A stretch of DNA of 64,000 nt, taken from IMG/VR virus record IMGVR_UViG_3300024496_000012. The stretch is one strand, 5' to 3'. The translations under genes were made by a program, and so were the position numbers. Positions 1 through 11,149 of the stretch are shown one piece after another. Numbering within the stretch: the stretch's first letter is position 1; each line of letters begins with the position of its first letter. The notes beneath the pieces are model-generated. The model made no database searches. It saw only the letters and a program-made list of their open reading frames with translations, and had not been told where the DNA came from. Source of the DNA: a virus.

Positions 1-969
1 ACTCCAGCTACATTGCAGCCAAGAGTAGGTAATGGATCATTGGCAAACCCAACTTTTATTAATAAAGGATCGGGCTACAATACTACAACTACAACTATCG
101 CTATCAGTGGTAACGGTTATGCCGACGACTATCAGACTGGCCTATCATTGATTATCAAGAATCTTACCAAGCTACCAAGACCAGGCGATAACTTGAGTAT
201 CGCTGGTAATGATAAGATCTACAAGGTCACAAATGCAACAATTATGTTTGGTACGACAGCTCCAAATATTGAAGCTAACGTACAGATATCTCCAGATATG
301 ACTGTGGCATTGAGTCCTGAAGATAATACAGCAATATTGATACGTCAGCAGTACAGCCAAGCAAGACTAACTGGACACGATTTCTTGAACATCGGTACTG
401 GTGATGTTGTAGCTACTAACTATCCTATTGTTGATGTTAACGAAACACAACCACAGAATCAAACTGTTGAAGTTGACTATGGTCGTGTATTCTACACTAG
501 CACCGACCAAGATGGTAACTTTAAAGTTGGTACATTGTTTGGTGTTGAACAGGCAACAGGTATTATTACATTAAGTGCTTCGCAGTTTGGATTGTCTGGA
601 CTTGAAACACTTTCTCTAGGTGGTATTGCAGTCGGCGGAGCCAGCGTGGTGATCAAACAGTTTAGTACAGATCAGACGTTTGTGGCCAACTCTAACAATA
701 TTGTACCTACACAAAAAGCTATCAAAGCATATTTGACCAGTCGTTTGAGCCAAGGTGGTTCTAACACGTTTACTGGACAGTTGATAGCAGGTGTCGTACT
801 AGTTGGTGGTCCTAACAAGATCGCAAGCACGATACCAGAAGGCACACAGGGTTCGGGATTAAAAGTGCTTAACGTAGCACTATTTGGTAAAAACGGCGGA
901 TACGGACAGTGGGACGGAGACGGAATGGCTCTTGAGTTTTACATGAAGGGAGCATTCTTCCGAGGCTAA
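1..969 (+). CDS. Virion structural/tail-fibre-associated protein, 5'-truncated (frame open from base 1)
   Basis: C-terminal domain RLTGHDFLNIGTG...GRVFYTSTDQDGNF.VG.LFGV.QATG is shared with the C-terminus of 1019..10798. The track start at 13 is a TTG inside an open frame. Confidence 0.75.
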   Translation, partial: TPATLQPRVGNGSLANPTFINKGSGYNTTTTTIAISGNGYADDYQTGLSLIIKNLTKLPRPGDNLSIAGNDKIYKVTNATIMFGTTAPNIEANVQISPDMTVALSPEDNTAILIRQQYSQARLTGHDFLNIGTGDVVATNYPIVDVNETQPQNQTVEVDYGRVFYTSTDQDGNFKVGTLFGVEQATGIITLSASQFGLSGLETLSLGGIAVGGASVVIKQFSTDQTFVANSNNIVPTQKAIKAYLTSRLSQGGSNTFTGQLIAGVVLVGGPNKIASTIPEGTQGSGLKVLNVALFGKNGGYGQWDGDGMALEFYMKGAFFRG

Positions 970-991
970 AAAGCGTGTATTTAAAGTTTAG

Positions 992-998
992 ATAAATA
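992..998 (+). promoter_or_regulatory. T4-type late promoter core ATAAATA, followed by GAGG SD
   Basis: gATAAATActttcGAGGattgaaacaaaATG upstream of 1019. Confidence 0.65.
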
Positions 999-1018
999 CT
1001 TTCGAGGATTGAAACAAA

Positions 1019-4000
1019 ATGGCAGAATTTAAACTAGGTAGGATCAAATTTGTTTATCAAGGAACTTGGCAGACTGGCCAGTCCTATGTCGTTGACGACG
1101 TTGTAACCGTCAGCGGTAAGACTTATATCTGTGTGATAAGTCATAATTCAAGCGCAGCATTCACAACTGATTTATCAGCGAATCCTAGCAAATGGAACTT
1201 AATGGCAGATGGTCTTGCATGGAGAGGAACTTGGACCGCTACCACATACTATAATAAAGGCGATCTCGTCAAATACGGCGGAATCGTTTATCAGTGTAAT
1301 ACGGCTCACACTTCGGCGACATTCACAGGTCCAACCTACCTAGGACTAGAAAATGATCAGTCTAAGTGGGACGTATTTTCAACGGCTTTTAACTGGACTG
1401 GCGCATGGGCCACAGGTACACGCTATAAGAAAAACGACTTTGTCACATATGGTGGCTATACCTACATATGTAACACGGCTCACATCAGTGATGCTAGCTC
1501 GTCAAACGGACTCGAAGTAGACCAAGCAAAATGGGATACTTTCAATGCTGGTGTTATCTACCAAGGTGCATGGGCAGGAACAACTCGTTATAAATTAAAT
1601 GATGTTGTAAAATATGGCGCAGACCTATGGATTTGCACCACACAACATACTTCAAGCGGAACATTTGATAACACTAAGTTCTCAATGTTTGTTAACGGAC
1701 TACAGTTTGAGAATAGCTGGGTTGGCGGAACAACTTATCAAATTGGTGATGTAGTAACCTATGGTGGTTACAGCTACATCTGCAAACAGAATCATTCAAC
1801 TAGTCAAACACCTAGCGCAGTTAGTTCAGCATACTGGGATGTTTATACAACTGGTTTCAGTTTCCAAGGCGACTGGAACTCAGGTACTAGCTACAAGGTA
1901 GGACATGTTGTACGCCTAGGCGGCTACACCTATGTAGCTACAGTAGATAGTCTAAATCAAACACCACCTAATACTAGCTATTGGGCAAGACTAAACAGTG
2001 GACTACGTTGGGCAGCAACTTCGGGATCATACACTGGACTTTCAGCTACTAACATCAGCAGCTCTGGAAGTAGCGCAGTATTCACAGTTACACGAGCAGG
2101 AACAGTTTATTCAGCTACAGCAACAACGCCAGGCAGTGGTTATGCGATCAATGATACATTAAAAATCCTTGGTACTAGTCTGGGTGGTCTAAGTCCAGTT
2201 AACGATGTTATCTTAACAGTTACTGGAGTCACTTCTGGCGGGATTACTGCGGTATCATGTACTGGTATTTCTACAACTTGGACATCGGGAACAACTTATG
2301 TACTAGGTGATGTAACTTTCTGGGGATCGAGCTCATACATTTGCGTAAGCGCACACGTAGCAGCCACCGGAAATAGACCAGACAACGACACGACAGCAAC
2401 TTATTGGAACCTATTAGCTAACGGTACAGAAACAGCCGTACTAACAACCAAAGGTGATATGTTCTATTATGGACCAAACGGCGCAACCAGATTGCCTGTT
2501 GGTACAGATGGACAGGTTTTACGTGTAAACTCAAATAGCTACCCAGCATGGGCCTACTATGGTCAAATCAATAACTTGGTATGGGTAGCACCTAGCGGTG
2601 TAGATACACTAGACGATGGCACAGGCACAACCATTGATAAACCTTGGAAGAGTGTTCGCTATGCAGCACAAAAGATTGAAGAAGGTTATCTAAATCGCCA
2701 AGCAGGACTATTGCTAGCAAAGAATAAACAGTTCGTACTTAAAGAAATCGACAACTTTGTTCAATATACCTACAAGGCAACTATTACTAGCACAAATGCT
2801 TCTAATCAGTTTGTTGCAGCAGATACCGGAGGATTACGTGTCAACATGCCTGTGGTGTTTACAACAACCATCGGCGGTGTAACTGTTGGAACACAGTACT
2901 ATATCAAGACGATCGATAGTTCAACATTGTTTACTATCAGCAACACACGTGGCGGTTCGACAAGAACACTAACACAACAGACTGGTGCTCAAACTGTATC
3001 ATATAATAACGTTTCTGCAAAGACACAACGTGATACTGGTTATGTGTTAGATGGTATCATCTTTGATATCACACATAGCGGAACTAGCAAGACGATTGCA
3101 AATGCATCAGCTTACTACACTAGTGCAGGAACAGCTTATGCTACCAACGTTGATGCAGGTGAAATAACTGTGTTTACTGAAACACACGAATACCTAAAAA
3201 CATTGGTTGCCAACATCCTAGGAAATGTTCCACCAGCTAATAACTATCAGACTCTAAATGGAATCTCTGTAGGTTCTCAGGCTCTTCAGATCATTGATAA
3301 CACATTGACTGCAGAAACAGGAACTACTCAGAGTGCTCAAGACTTGATACAAGTTATTAAGGCAGGAGTAAGTGCCGGCACAGCAACTGGTATTCCAACA
3401 CCGATACAACCAACTACTACAATACGTATCACAACTGGTACATTTAACGAAGTAACACCTATTAATATTCCAAGCTATACAGCTATCGTAGGTGACGAAC
3501 TTAGAACCAGTGTTGTACAACCAGCATCAGCTAATAAATTTTTAGTCAATGACGAAACAAGATCTACAGCAGCTATTCAACGACTAAGAGCTATAGTACC
3601 TAACCTAATGTCAAATACACCTGTTACCCCTACTACAGGTAACACTGTATCTCAGGTTACATCATTACCAGCAGGTAGTGTAGGTAGTACATTGGCTACA
3701 AGCAGAATAACAAAACTAGCAGATACCGTTTATGATGTGTTTACTAATGGTATTAACAGCTTACCTGATTTCCAGATTCCAGATCCAACAAACTATGGAA
3801 CTTCATTAACTGACACTGCCTACGCAGCTACAGGTTATGCAAGTGGAGCAACTACTGGATTTGACCTAGGTCGCGCACAGATCATCCAGAACTATGCGTT
3901 CTTGAAAGCAGACGTAAGTCAATATCTAATCAATAACTATAACTCAGTATGGACTGCTCTAGGTGCAACAGGCCAAGCAAAATGTCAACGTGACGTCGGC

Positions 4001-7000
4001 TATATCCTAGATGCTATCGTCTATGATATAACCTATGGCGGTAATACACAGAGCTTGATCGCGGGTAGTTCGTACTATTCTTACTACCAGCTAACTATCG
4101 CTAACTCGGAACTAACTGCTACCAAGGCAGCATATGCATATCTAAAAGCTCAAGTATCGGCTATCGTTACTAAGACTGCTGTAGCCGCAGCCGGTAACGT
4201 TACTCCTATTGTGACTACTGGTACTGCTGGTTCTGCTGCCGCAGCAGCATTTGCCGGCGATCGTGTACAGAACGTATATGATTGGCTCAACAACGGAACC
4301 GCTCCAGCAACAGTGCAACCAGCGACATCGTGGGTATCTGCAAGTCTAGTAGCTGCTCGTGCAGCATTACAGGCTCGCAGAAGCGAAATCGCTGCAGATG
4401 CTAGTGCATGGGTCAAGAAGTTCTTCCAAAATGTCAACTTTGTTGAAGCAACATGTCAACGTGACGTTGGTCTAATGGTCGATGCATTTGGATACGATCT
4501 AATGTTCAACTCAAACTATGCCAGCATCGTAGCAGGCATGAGTTACTCTCGTTCATTGACATCTACTGCTAAAGTAACTGGAAGCCAGTTCCAAGCTCAA
4601 CAAGGATTTATTGAGTTCTTAAAGAGCAAGTGCAGAATCATAGCAGCCAGCGGAAGTGCAGCTCAAGTAGATGCATGCCTATATGATCTAATCAGCACTA
4701 TCAACAATGGTGGTGTTCCAAGATTCCAATGGCCAGATCCAAGCACTATCAACAGTGGTTATGCAGCAGCTAAGATGGCTCTGTATGACAACGTCGAGTT
4801 CTTACAAGCAGAAGTTATCGCATATATTGCGGCTAACTATCCAGCTGTGTCATATGACAGCAACATCTGCAAGAGAGATGTAAGATATGTCATCGATGCT
4901 CTACGTTATGATTTAACCTATGGCGGAAACTTTGCTAGCACACAAGCAGGTAAGAAATATTACTCTGCGTTGACCAGCACATTGCAGATAGCCAGTGGCG
5001 AGAAAGCAGCCACATTGGCTGCATATGGTTACCTAAGCACATTGGCTCAAAGTGTGGCACAAAATACACTAGTGGCCAGTCCACTGCAAGGTTCAGTTAC
5101 ACAGGTAAGGACCAAAGGTACACAGACTGTAGGTTCAGCAGGCGCTGCCACACAGATTGGTACATTGATGACTACTATTACAAACATCATCAATAACGGT
5201 CTAACAACAGGTGTTCCAACACTGACTATCACAGCTATCGCTAGCGGTAATACATTTACATCAAATGGTCACGGTCTAGCAGTAGGTGACATGATCACAG
5301 CACAAACTACTACAAATGGTTTGATTGCTGGTACTATCTATTATGTACAGAGCTTTGCTACAAACACATTTACACTAAGTTCAAGCTATCTAGGTGCAGC
5401 TCTATCAGGATTCACTAACGGTACTGGTTTAACTATTACAGTAGAAAAGACCAACATGCCGTCGATCACAGGTGTAAGCACAGAACTACAAACTGCTTAT
5501 CAAACATTGAGCGGAGCAAAGGCCGCAATACAAGCAGCAGTGTTATCTTTTATTAACACTAACTACTCAACATTGACCTACAATCAGGCAACATGTTCAA
5601 GAGACGTTGGTTTTATTATTGATTCTATTGCCTACGACTTTATGTTTAATAGTAACTTCCGATCAGTTGTATCAGGAAGAACATATTATACATCACAGGC
5701 TTCGCTAGTGATCGCAGGACAAAAAGAAGCTACTATCTCTGCAATGAACTATCTAAAAACACAGATAGCAGCATCAGTATATTCTAGCACAACCGCACAG
5801 ACCAGAGCTAATAACTTGATGGATATCATCATCAAGATTCTAACAACTGGTATTGGTACTGCTGCAACTGCTGAACTAAGTCCAGAAATCAACGGAACAG
5901 TGACCTATGAAAACACATTGGCCACAATCCAGGGTGCAGAAATATTACGTGCAAACTCTGATTTTATCGCAGCAGAACTAGCTGCCTTTACTACAGTTAA
6001 CAACTCTGCTACAGTGACTAACACCACAGTTAGCACCAATGTTATCACTACTAGCACAGCACATAATCTAGTAGTTGGTGATCCTGTACAGTTCTCAGCA
6101 GTAACGATTAATGCAACGGCTACACAGACATTTGCCAGCACCGATGGTGTAAGACCTAATCAAATATTAGTAACATCAACCGCTGGTATGGTCGTGAATA
6201 TGCCAATCATATTCACTGGTACAGTATTTGGTGGCATCACACAAAACAGTACCTATTATATCAAATCGCTGCCAGGTGGTAACTACATCACTATTAGTTC
6301 TGTAAGCGGCGGAACCACAACTAACCTAACAGCAGGAACTGGTTCTACAGCATTTACAGCAGGTGGTCTATTTGGAAATCTAGTAGCCAACACAGTATAT
6401 TGGGTCTTGACAACTCCAAGTACTACAACATTTACAGTTACCGCTACAAACGGAAGTTCGCAACCATTCTCGTTGACAACAGCTAGCGGTGTTGCTACAA
6501 GCTTCTACTATTTTGATCAAGCAAAGTGCAAGAGAGATACCGCAGAGTATGTCAAGGCGCTGGTATATGATCTACAATACACAGGTAACTACAAGACACT
6601 ACAAGCAGCTATGTGGTACAATAACTCTGTGACAGGTTCTACTGCACAGGATATGTTCCGTGTAAGAAATGCGACAGGTCTACGTAACTGCACATTGAAT
6701 GGTCTATATGGACCATACGGTGGTCTAACAAATGCTAACAGCTATGGAACCAAGCGTCCTACAGCTGGCGCATTCGTAGCTCTTGATCCAGGATTTGGTC
6801 CAAACGACACTAACGTTTGGGTAACGAATCGTTCACACTATAGTCAGAACGTGACCATGTTTGGTACTGGTTGTACTGGTGCCAAGATTGATGCAGCCCT
6901 ACACAATGGCGGCAACAAGTCTATGGTTAAGAATGACTTTACAACAATCCTAAGTGATGGTATTGGTGTATGGTGTACAGGTAGCGGCTCGTTAACAGAA

Positions 7001-10000
7001 CTTGTTTCTGTGTTCAACTACTACGGTTACGCAGGTTATCTAGCAGAATACGGTGGACGTATACGTGCTACTAACGGTAACTCATCATATGGTACATATG
7101 GTGTTATCGCAGAAGGTGTTGATACCTACGAAACACCTCTATATGGTACCGTTAATAACTCGTACTTCCAAGCGCAGATGACTAACGTAGTCACTGACCT
7201 AAACAACAAAGTTCTACGTATCGAATACGGTAATGCAGGTCAGAACTACACTAACTCTGTAACAACAATCAGCGGCAGCGGATTTAACGCAGCAGCTATG
7301 CATGATGAGTTCCGTGACGGTGCATTATTTGAATCAAGAATCATTGATTTAAATGATGGTAATGGTTACGGTGGTACTAGCTATGTAACTTTTGCTAACG
7401 CAGCACAAACCGGTGACAGATACAGCATCACAATCGCTGCTACTGACACTAGCCTAAGTTCTGCGTACATTGGAATGAGAATCCAAGTTACTGCAGGTAC
7501 TGGCGTCGGACAATACGGAAATATCCTAACATACAACAACGGTTCTAAGATTGCTCAGGTCTATAAAGATTCGTTTAATAACGTAACAATCACTGCCACA
7601 ACACAAGGTACTCCAAGTACAGTGACAGTCAGTGATACAAGCCAGATGTATGCTACAATGCCGTTCTACGTAGCTTCTACAGTAGGTGGATTGAGCTCAG
7701 GACAGGTTTACTTTGTACAGAGCGTTGTAAACTCTACAACAATCAACGTTAGTGCAACTAGCGGTGGCGGTGCTCTTACATCAGCGATCACAACTACAAC
7801 AGGTCAAAGCGTGACATTGTATGCAGCTGGTTGGGATCATACTGTTTCAGGAACACCAATCGTAGCAGCACTTGACCTAACAACAACATACATTATTGAA
7901 CCTCGCATTAGCTACACAGCACCTGGATATGCTGCTACAGCAAGAACATTGCCTGCAACAGCTACATGGTCTAATATGGCCTATGGTTCGGGCAACTATG
8001 TCGCTATCGCATCAGGTGGTACATCAACAGCTTACTCAACAGATGGAGTAACATGGTCCGCAGGCGGCGCACTACCAAGTTCACAGACATGGGGACAGGT
8101 AGTTTATGCTGGTGGTGAAGGTGCAACAGCAACAGCAACACTAGGCGGTTTTGGCGGTTCTGGAGCAGTTTTAAGTGTACAACTAGGAACAGCCGGCAAC
8201 GTCATCGCTGGTGCAGACCAAGTTCTAAGCGTAACAGTGGTCCAAGGCGGTACTGGATATACAAGTCCTCCAACAATCTTGTTTAGCGGCGGCAGCGGAA
8301 GTGGTACACAAGCCACAGCAGTCTTGCTCAATGGCACTATTGTTTCTGTGACTGTAACAGTTCCAGGTTCTGGATACACATCAGCTCCAACAGCAACAGC
8401 CTACACTGGCACAGTGACTGGTTACACCATGGTGTCTTATGGTAAGAACTACTTCTCAACACCAACAGTAACAGTTAGCGATCCATTCAACGGAAGTGCA
8501 TGGACATCAGGTGGTTCTGCTGTGTTGAATACTATCTATTATTTCAACAACAGTGGTATCAAGAACTTCTATACATGTACAGGTGCTGGAACATTTACTA
8601 CATCAGGACCGATACATCAAAGCGGTGCTGCATCAAACGGTACAGCAACTCTAACATATATTGGTACAACAGCTACAGCAGCGGCAGTCACAAATAGCGG
8701 AACAAATCCAAACTTGCCAGGTGTGACATCTATCACATTTGGTACAAATGGTACTGGCGGTTATGGTTACACTTCAGTACCTACAGTGACTATCACAGAT
8801 GCTACTGCAAGATTTGTCGCGATATCAACTGCTAGCACAAACAGTGCATATGCAGTACCAAGCAACCTAGGTGCTGCTTGGGCAGGCGGCGGAGCTCTTC
8901 CATCGACTAGCACAGCAGGTCTAACCTATGGCGGTGGTATCTTAGTAACCTGTGGTGGAACAGCTCTAGCATCAACATCAAGCGATGGTGGTGCAACATG
9001 GGTATCACGTACACTACCAACACTAGGTGCAGGAACTTATGTTTCTGTACACTACGGTAATGCTATATTCTTAGCACTAGGATCACAAGGTCAGACAGCT
9101 ACATCGAGCAATGGTGTAAGCTGGACAGCACAGGGAACTATTCCAGGTTCTATTACAAACTGGGCTTCAATGGCCTATGGTAATGGTAGATTTGTTGCTA
9201 TCGCAGGCGGCCAAGGTGGCTCAGCAAACAGAAACGTTGCCTACACAATCGATAACGGTGTTACATGGTATCTAAGTCCAAACGGAATGCCAGCAAGCGC
9301 AGTATGGACAAGGATCCGTTATGGTGCAGGTCTATTCTTTGCCACAGCAGAAGGCACAAATCAGTGTGCTACAAGCCCAGACGGTATTACATGGACACTA
9401 CGCACACTACCTAGCTCAAGCAACTGGGTATCTTGTGCATTTGGTAACACTAACAAGCGTCCATTATGGGCAGCTATTTCACGCACCAGCGGTACAGTAG
9501 CAGCCAGCATCCGTACAGGAGCTCAAGCAACTGGTCGTGTAAAAGTAGTATCAGGCGTAGTAACAGAAGTCCGTATGCTAGAACCAGGCTCTGGTTATCC
9601 ATATGGAACTATCAGTGCTACCGCAGCAACTACTAATGTTATTACAGCAGACAACGTTGCTCTACTAGTTGACAGTCAACCAATCGAGTTTACTGGTGTA
9701 AGCACAGGCGGATTGACTGAAAACGTCACATACTATGTGATTGGTTCAACTATCTCTGGTAATACATTCAAGGTCAGTGCAACACAAGGTTCAGCAACAC
9801 CTGTTACATTAACTGCTGCAACAGGATTAACAGGAACTTATCGTGCAGGCCCGATCTACACACTAACTGATCCTAACAAGGTCAAGACTGCGGCACTACG
9901 TATGCGTATGGCTGATGGATCTTTAGGCAATCCAAGCTTCACTAACAGAGGTACCAATAACACTACAGCTACAGCAGTGGCACTTGGTGATGGTTTCTCA

Positions 10001-10798
10001 GATCTATATCAACCAAGCACATTTATCAATGTCGCTGGCCTATATCAGATTCCAAAAGCCGGTGCAAACGTAGAGTTTGCAAATATTCCAAATACTTGGT
10101 ACAAACTAGTTTCTGTAACCAACGTGCTAGGAATCGCAGGAAACTATACAGCTCAGTTACAGATCAACCCAAGTCTAACTGTGTACAATGCTCCTTCACA
10201 GGGAACATTGATTACTACAAGACTATTGTACTCACAGGTTCGTCTAACTGGTCATGACTTCCTGTACATTGGTACCGGTAACAAACAGAGAACAAACTAC
10301 CCATATGTTGATACTACTTTAGCGGTACAGGCTAACCAAAGTAACAGCTCAGGTGGCGGTCGTGTGTTCTTCACAAGTACTGACCAAGACGGTAACTTTA
10401 ACGTTGGTAACCTATTCGGAGTCCAACAGGCAACTGGTACTGCTACATTGAATGCTTCAGCGTTCAACCTAAGCGGTCTACAGAGCTTGCAGTTAGGTGC
10501 TGTTTCGATCGGTGTTGGTTCTGCAGTTATTACTCAGTTCTCAACAGACCCATACTTCACTGCTAATAGCGATAGTATTGTACCGACTCAACGTGCTATT
10601 AAGGCATATATCACTGCACAGATTGGTGGTGGTGCTAGCTCGTTGAACGTAAATACATTGACAGCAGGTGTTGTATACTTGGCTAACAATACGATAAGTA
10701 CAACTACAGGAGTACAAATCAACGTTACAGCTAAGTTGAATTTCACAGGTGGCATTGACGGGGCACCCGTTGCACTTGGATTCTTTATGCAAAGATAA
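1019..10798 (+). CDS. Giant (3259 aa) tail-fibre/virion structural protein
   Basis: N-terminal W-x-G-x-W...Y..GD.V.YGG..Y.C...H repeats (CBM5/12-like). Six C-x-R-D-(V/T)-G-type helical repeats, a beta-helix-like segment, and Asp-box/BNR-like repeats (STDGVTW, SSDGGATW, SPDGITW). Thr/Gly/Ser-rich. Confidence 0.8.
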   Translation: MAEFKLGRIKFVYQGTWQTGQSYVVDDVVTVSGKTYICVISHNSSAAFTTDLSANPSKWNLMADGLAWRGTWTATTYYNKGDLVKYGGIVYQCNTAHTSATFTGPTYLGLENDQSKWDVFSTAFNWTGAWATGTRYKKNDFVTYGGYTYICNTAHISDASSSNGLEVDQAKWDTFNAGVIYQGAWAGTTRYKLNDVVKYGADLWICTTQHTSSGTFDNTKFSMFVNGLQFENSWVGGTTYQIGDVVTYGGYSYICKQNHSTSQTPSAVSSAYWDVYTTGFSFQGDWNSGTSYKVGHVVRLGGYTYVATVDSLNQTPPNTSYWARLNSGLRWAATSGSYTGLSATNISSSGSSAVFTVTRAGTVYSATATTPGSGYAINDTLKILGTSLGGLSPVNDVILTVTGVTSGGITAVSCTGISTTWTSGTTYVLGDVTFWGSSSYICVSAHVAATGNRPDNDTTATYWNLLANGTETAVLTTKGDMFYYGPNGATRLPVGTDGQVLRVNSNSYPAWAYYGQINNLVWVAPSGVDTLDDGTGTTIDKPWKSVRYAAQKIEEGYLNRQAGLLLAKNKQFVLKEIDNFVQYTYKATITSTNASNQFVAADTGGLRVNMPVVFTTTIGGVTVGTQYYIKTIDSSTLFTISNTRGGSTRTLTQQTGAQTVSYNNVSAKTQRDTGYVLDGIIFDITHSGTSKTIANASAYYTSAGTAYATNVDAGEITVFTETHEYLKTLVANILGNVPPANNYQTLNGISVGSQALQIIDNTLTAETGTTQSAQDLIQVIKAGVSAGTATGIPTPIQPTTTIRITTGTFNEVTPINIPSYTAIVGDELRTSVVQPASANKFLVNDETRSTAAIQRLRAIVPNLMSNTPVTPTTGNTVSQVTSLPAGSVGSTLATSRITKLADTVYDVFTNGINSLPDFQIPDPTNYGTSLTDTAYAATGYASGATTGFDLGRAQIIQNYAFLKADVSQYLINNYNSVWTALGATGQAKCQRDVGYILDAIVYDITYGGNTQSLIAGSSYYSYYQLTIANSELTATKAAYAYLKAQVSAIVTKTAVAAAGNVTPIVTTGTAGSAAAAAFAGDRVQNVYDWLNNGTAPATVQPATSWVSASLVAARAALQARRSEIAADASAWVKKFFQNVNFVEATCQRDVGLMVDAFGYDLMFNSNYASIVAGMSYSRSLTSTAKVTGSQFQAQQGFIEFLKSKCRIIAASGSAAQVDACLYDLISTINNGGVPRFQWPDPSTINSGYAAAKMALYDNVEFLQAEVIAYIAANYPAVSYDSNICKRDVRYVIDALRYDLTYGGNFASTQAGKKYYSALTSTLQIASGEKAATLAAYGYLSTLAQSVAQNTLVASPLQGSVTQVRTKGTQTVGSAGAATQIGTLMTTITNIINNGLTTGVPTLTITAIASGNTFTSNGHGLAVGDMITAQTTTNGLIAGTIYYVQSFATNTFTLSSSYLGAALSGFTNGTGLTITVEKTNMPSITGVSTELQTAYQTLSGAKAAIQAAVLSFINTNYSTLTYNQATCSRDVGFIIDSIAYDFMFNSNFRSVVSGRTYYTSQASLVIAGQKEATISAMNYLKTQIAASVYSSTTAQTRANNLMDIIIKILTTGIGTAATAELSPEINGTVTYENTLATIQGAEILRANSDFIAAELAAFTTVNNSATVTNTTVSTNVITTSTAHNLVVGDPVQFSAVTINATATQTFASTDGVRPNQILVTSTAGMVVNMPIIFTGTVFGGITQNSTYYIKSLPGGNYITISSVSGGTTTNLTAGTGSTAFTAGGLFGNLVANTVYWVLTTPSTTTFTVTATNGSSQPFSLTTASGVATSFYYFDQAKCKRDTAEYVKALVYDLQYTGNYKTLQAAMWYNNSVTGSTAQDMFRVRNATGLRNCTLNGLYGPYGGLTNANSYGTKRPTAGAFVALDPGFGPNDTNVWVTNRSHYSQNVTMFGTGCTGAKIDAALHNGGNKSMVKNDFTTILSDGIGVWCTGSGSLTELVSVFNYYGYAGYLAEYGGRIRATNGNSSYGTYGVIAEGVDTYETPLYGTVNNSYFQAQMTNVVTDLNNKVLRIEYGNAGQNYTNSVTTISGSGFNAAAMHDEFRDGALFESRIIDLNDGNGYGGTSYVTFANAAQTGDRYSITIAATDTSLSSAYIGMRIQVTAGTGVGQYGNILTYNNGSKIAQVYKDSFNNVTITATTQGTPSTVTVSDTSQMYATMPFYVASTVGGLSSGQVYFVQSVVNSTTINVSATSGGGALTSAITTTTGQSVTLYAAGWDHTVSGTPIVAALDLTTTYIIEPRISYTAPGYAATARTLPATATWSNMAYGSGNYVAIASGGTSTAYSTDGVTWSAGGALPSSQTWGQVVYAGGEGATATATLGGFGGSGAVLSVQLGTAGNVIAGADQVLSVTVVQGGTGYTSPPTILFSGGSGSGTQATAVLLNGTIVSVTVTVPGSGYTSAPTATAYTGTVTGYTMVSYGKNYFSTPTVTVSDPFNGSAWTSGGSAVLNTIYYFNNSGIKNFYTCTGAGTFTTSGPIHQSGAASNGTATLTYIGTTATAAAVTNSGTNPNLPGVTSITFGTNGTGGYGYTSVPTVTITDATARFVAISTASTNSAYAVPSNLGAAWAGGGALPSTSTAGLTYGGGILVTCGGTALASTSSDGGATWVSRTLPTLGAGTYVSVHYGNAIFLALGSQGQTATSSNGVSWTAQGTIPGSITNWASMAYGNGRFVAIAGGQGGSANRNVAYTIDNGVTWYLSPNGMPASAVWTRIRYGAGLFFATAEGTNQCATSPDGITWTLRTLPSSSNWVSCAFGNTNKRPLWAAISRTSGTVAASIRTGAQATGRVKVVSGVVTEVRMLEPGSGYPYGTISATAATTNVITADNVALLVDSQPIEFTGVSTGGLTENVTYYVIGSTISGNTFKVSATQGSATPVTLTAATGLTGTYRAGPIYTLTDPNKVKTAALRMRMADGSLGNPSFTNRGTNNTTATAVALGDGFSDLYQPSTFINVAGLYQIPKAGANVEFANIPNTWYKLVSVTNVLGIAGNYTAQLQINPSLTVYNAPSQGTLITTRLLYSQVRLTGHDFLYIGTGNKQRTNYPYVDTTLAVQANQSNSSGGGRVFFTSTDQDGNFNVGNLFGVQQATGTATLNASAFNLSGLQSLQLGAVSIGVGSAVITQFSTDPYFTANSDSIVPTQRAIKAYITAQIGGGASSLNVNTLTAGVVYLANNTISTTTGVQINVTAKLNFTGGIDGAPVALGFFMQR

Positions 10799-10814
10799 TA
10801 TTGGAGAAAATTAA

Positions 10815-11135
10815 ATGGCAACAGGAAGATTAGGAAATACATCCCCAGGGGCTTCGACAAATACCACATTGTACACGGTTCCGACAGGATATTACACAGT
10901 AGCAAACGTTTCGTTTACTAACACGAATGCTACATCAGTTACAGTACGTCTAGCTATGGCTAGTACAACTAGCCCTACCAGCTCAGAATGGATCGAATGG
11001 GGAACCACAATCGTTCCAAACGGTGTTCTAGAACGTACTGGTCTAGTTCTACAACCAGGGTTAAACCTAGTAGGATGGTGTAGCAGCACTGGTGTAAACG
11101 TTACAGTCTACGGTATTGAAACATCTACAACTTAA
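10815..11135 (+). CDS. Small virion structural protein (hypothetical)
   Basis: GGAGA SD; beta-rich 106 aa in the structural operon. Confidence 0.6.
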   Translation: MATGRLGNTSPGASTNTTLYTVPTGYYTVANVSFTNTNATSVTVRLAMASTTSPTSSEWIEWGTTIVPNGVLERTGLVLQPGLNLVGWCSSTGVNVTVYGIETSTT

Positions 11136-11149
11136 TGTGAGATAGAAAA

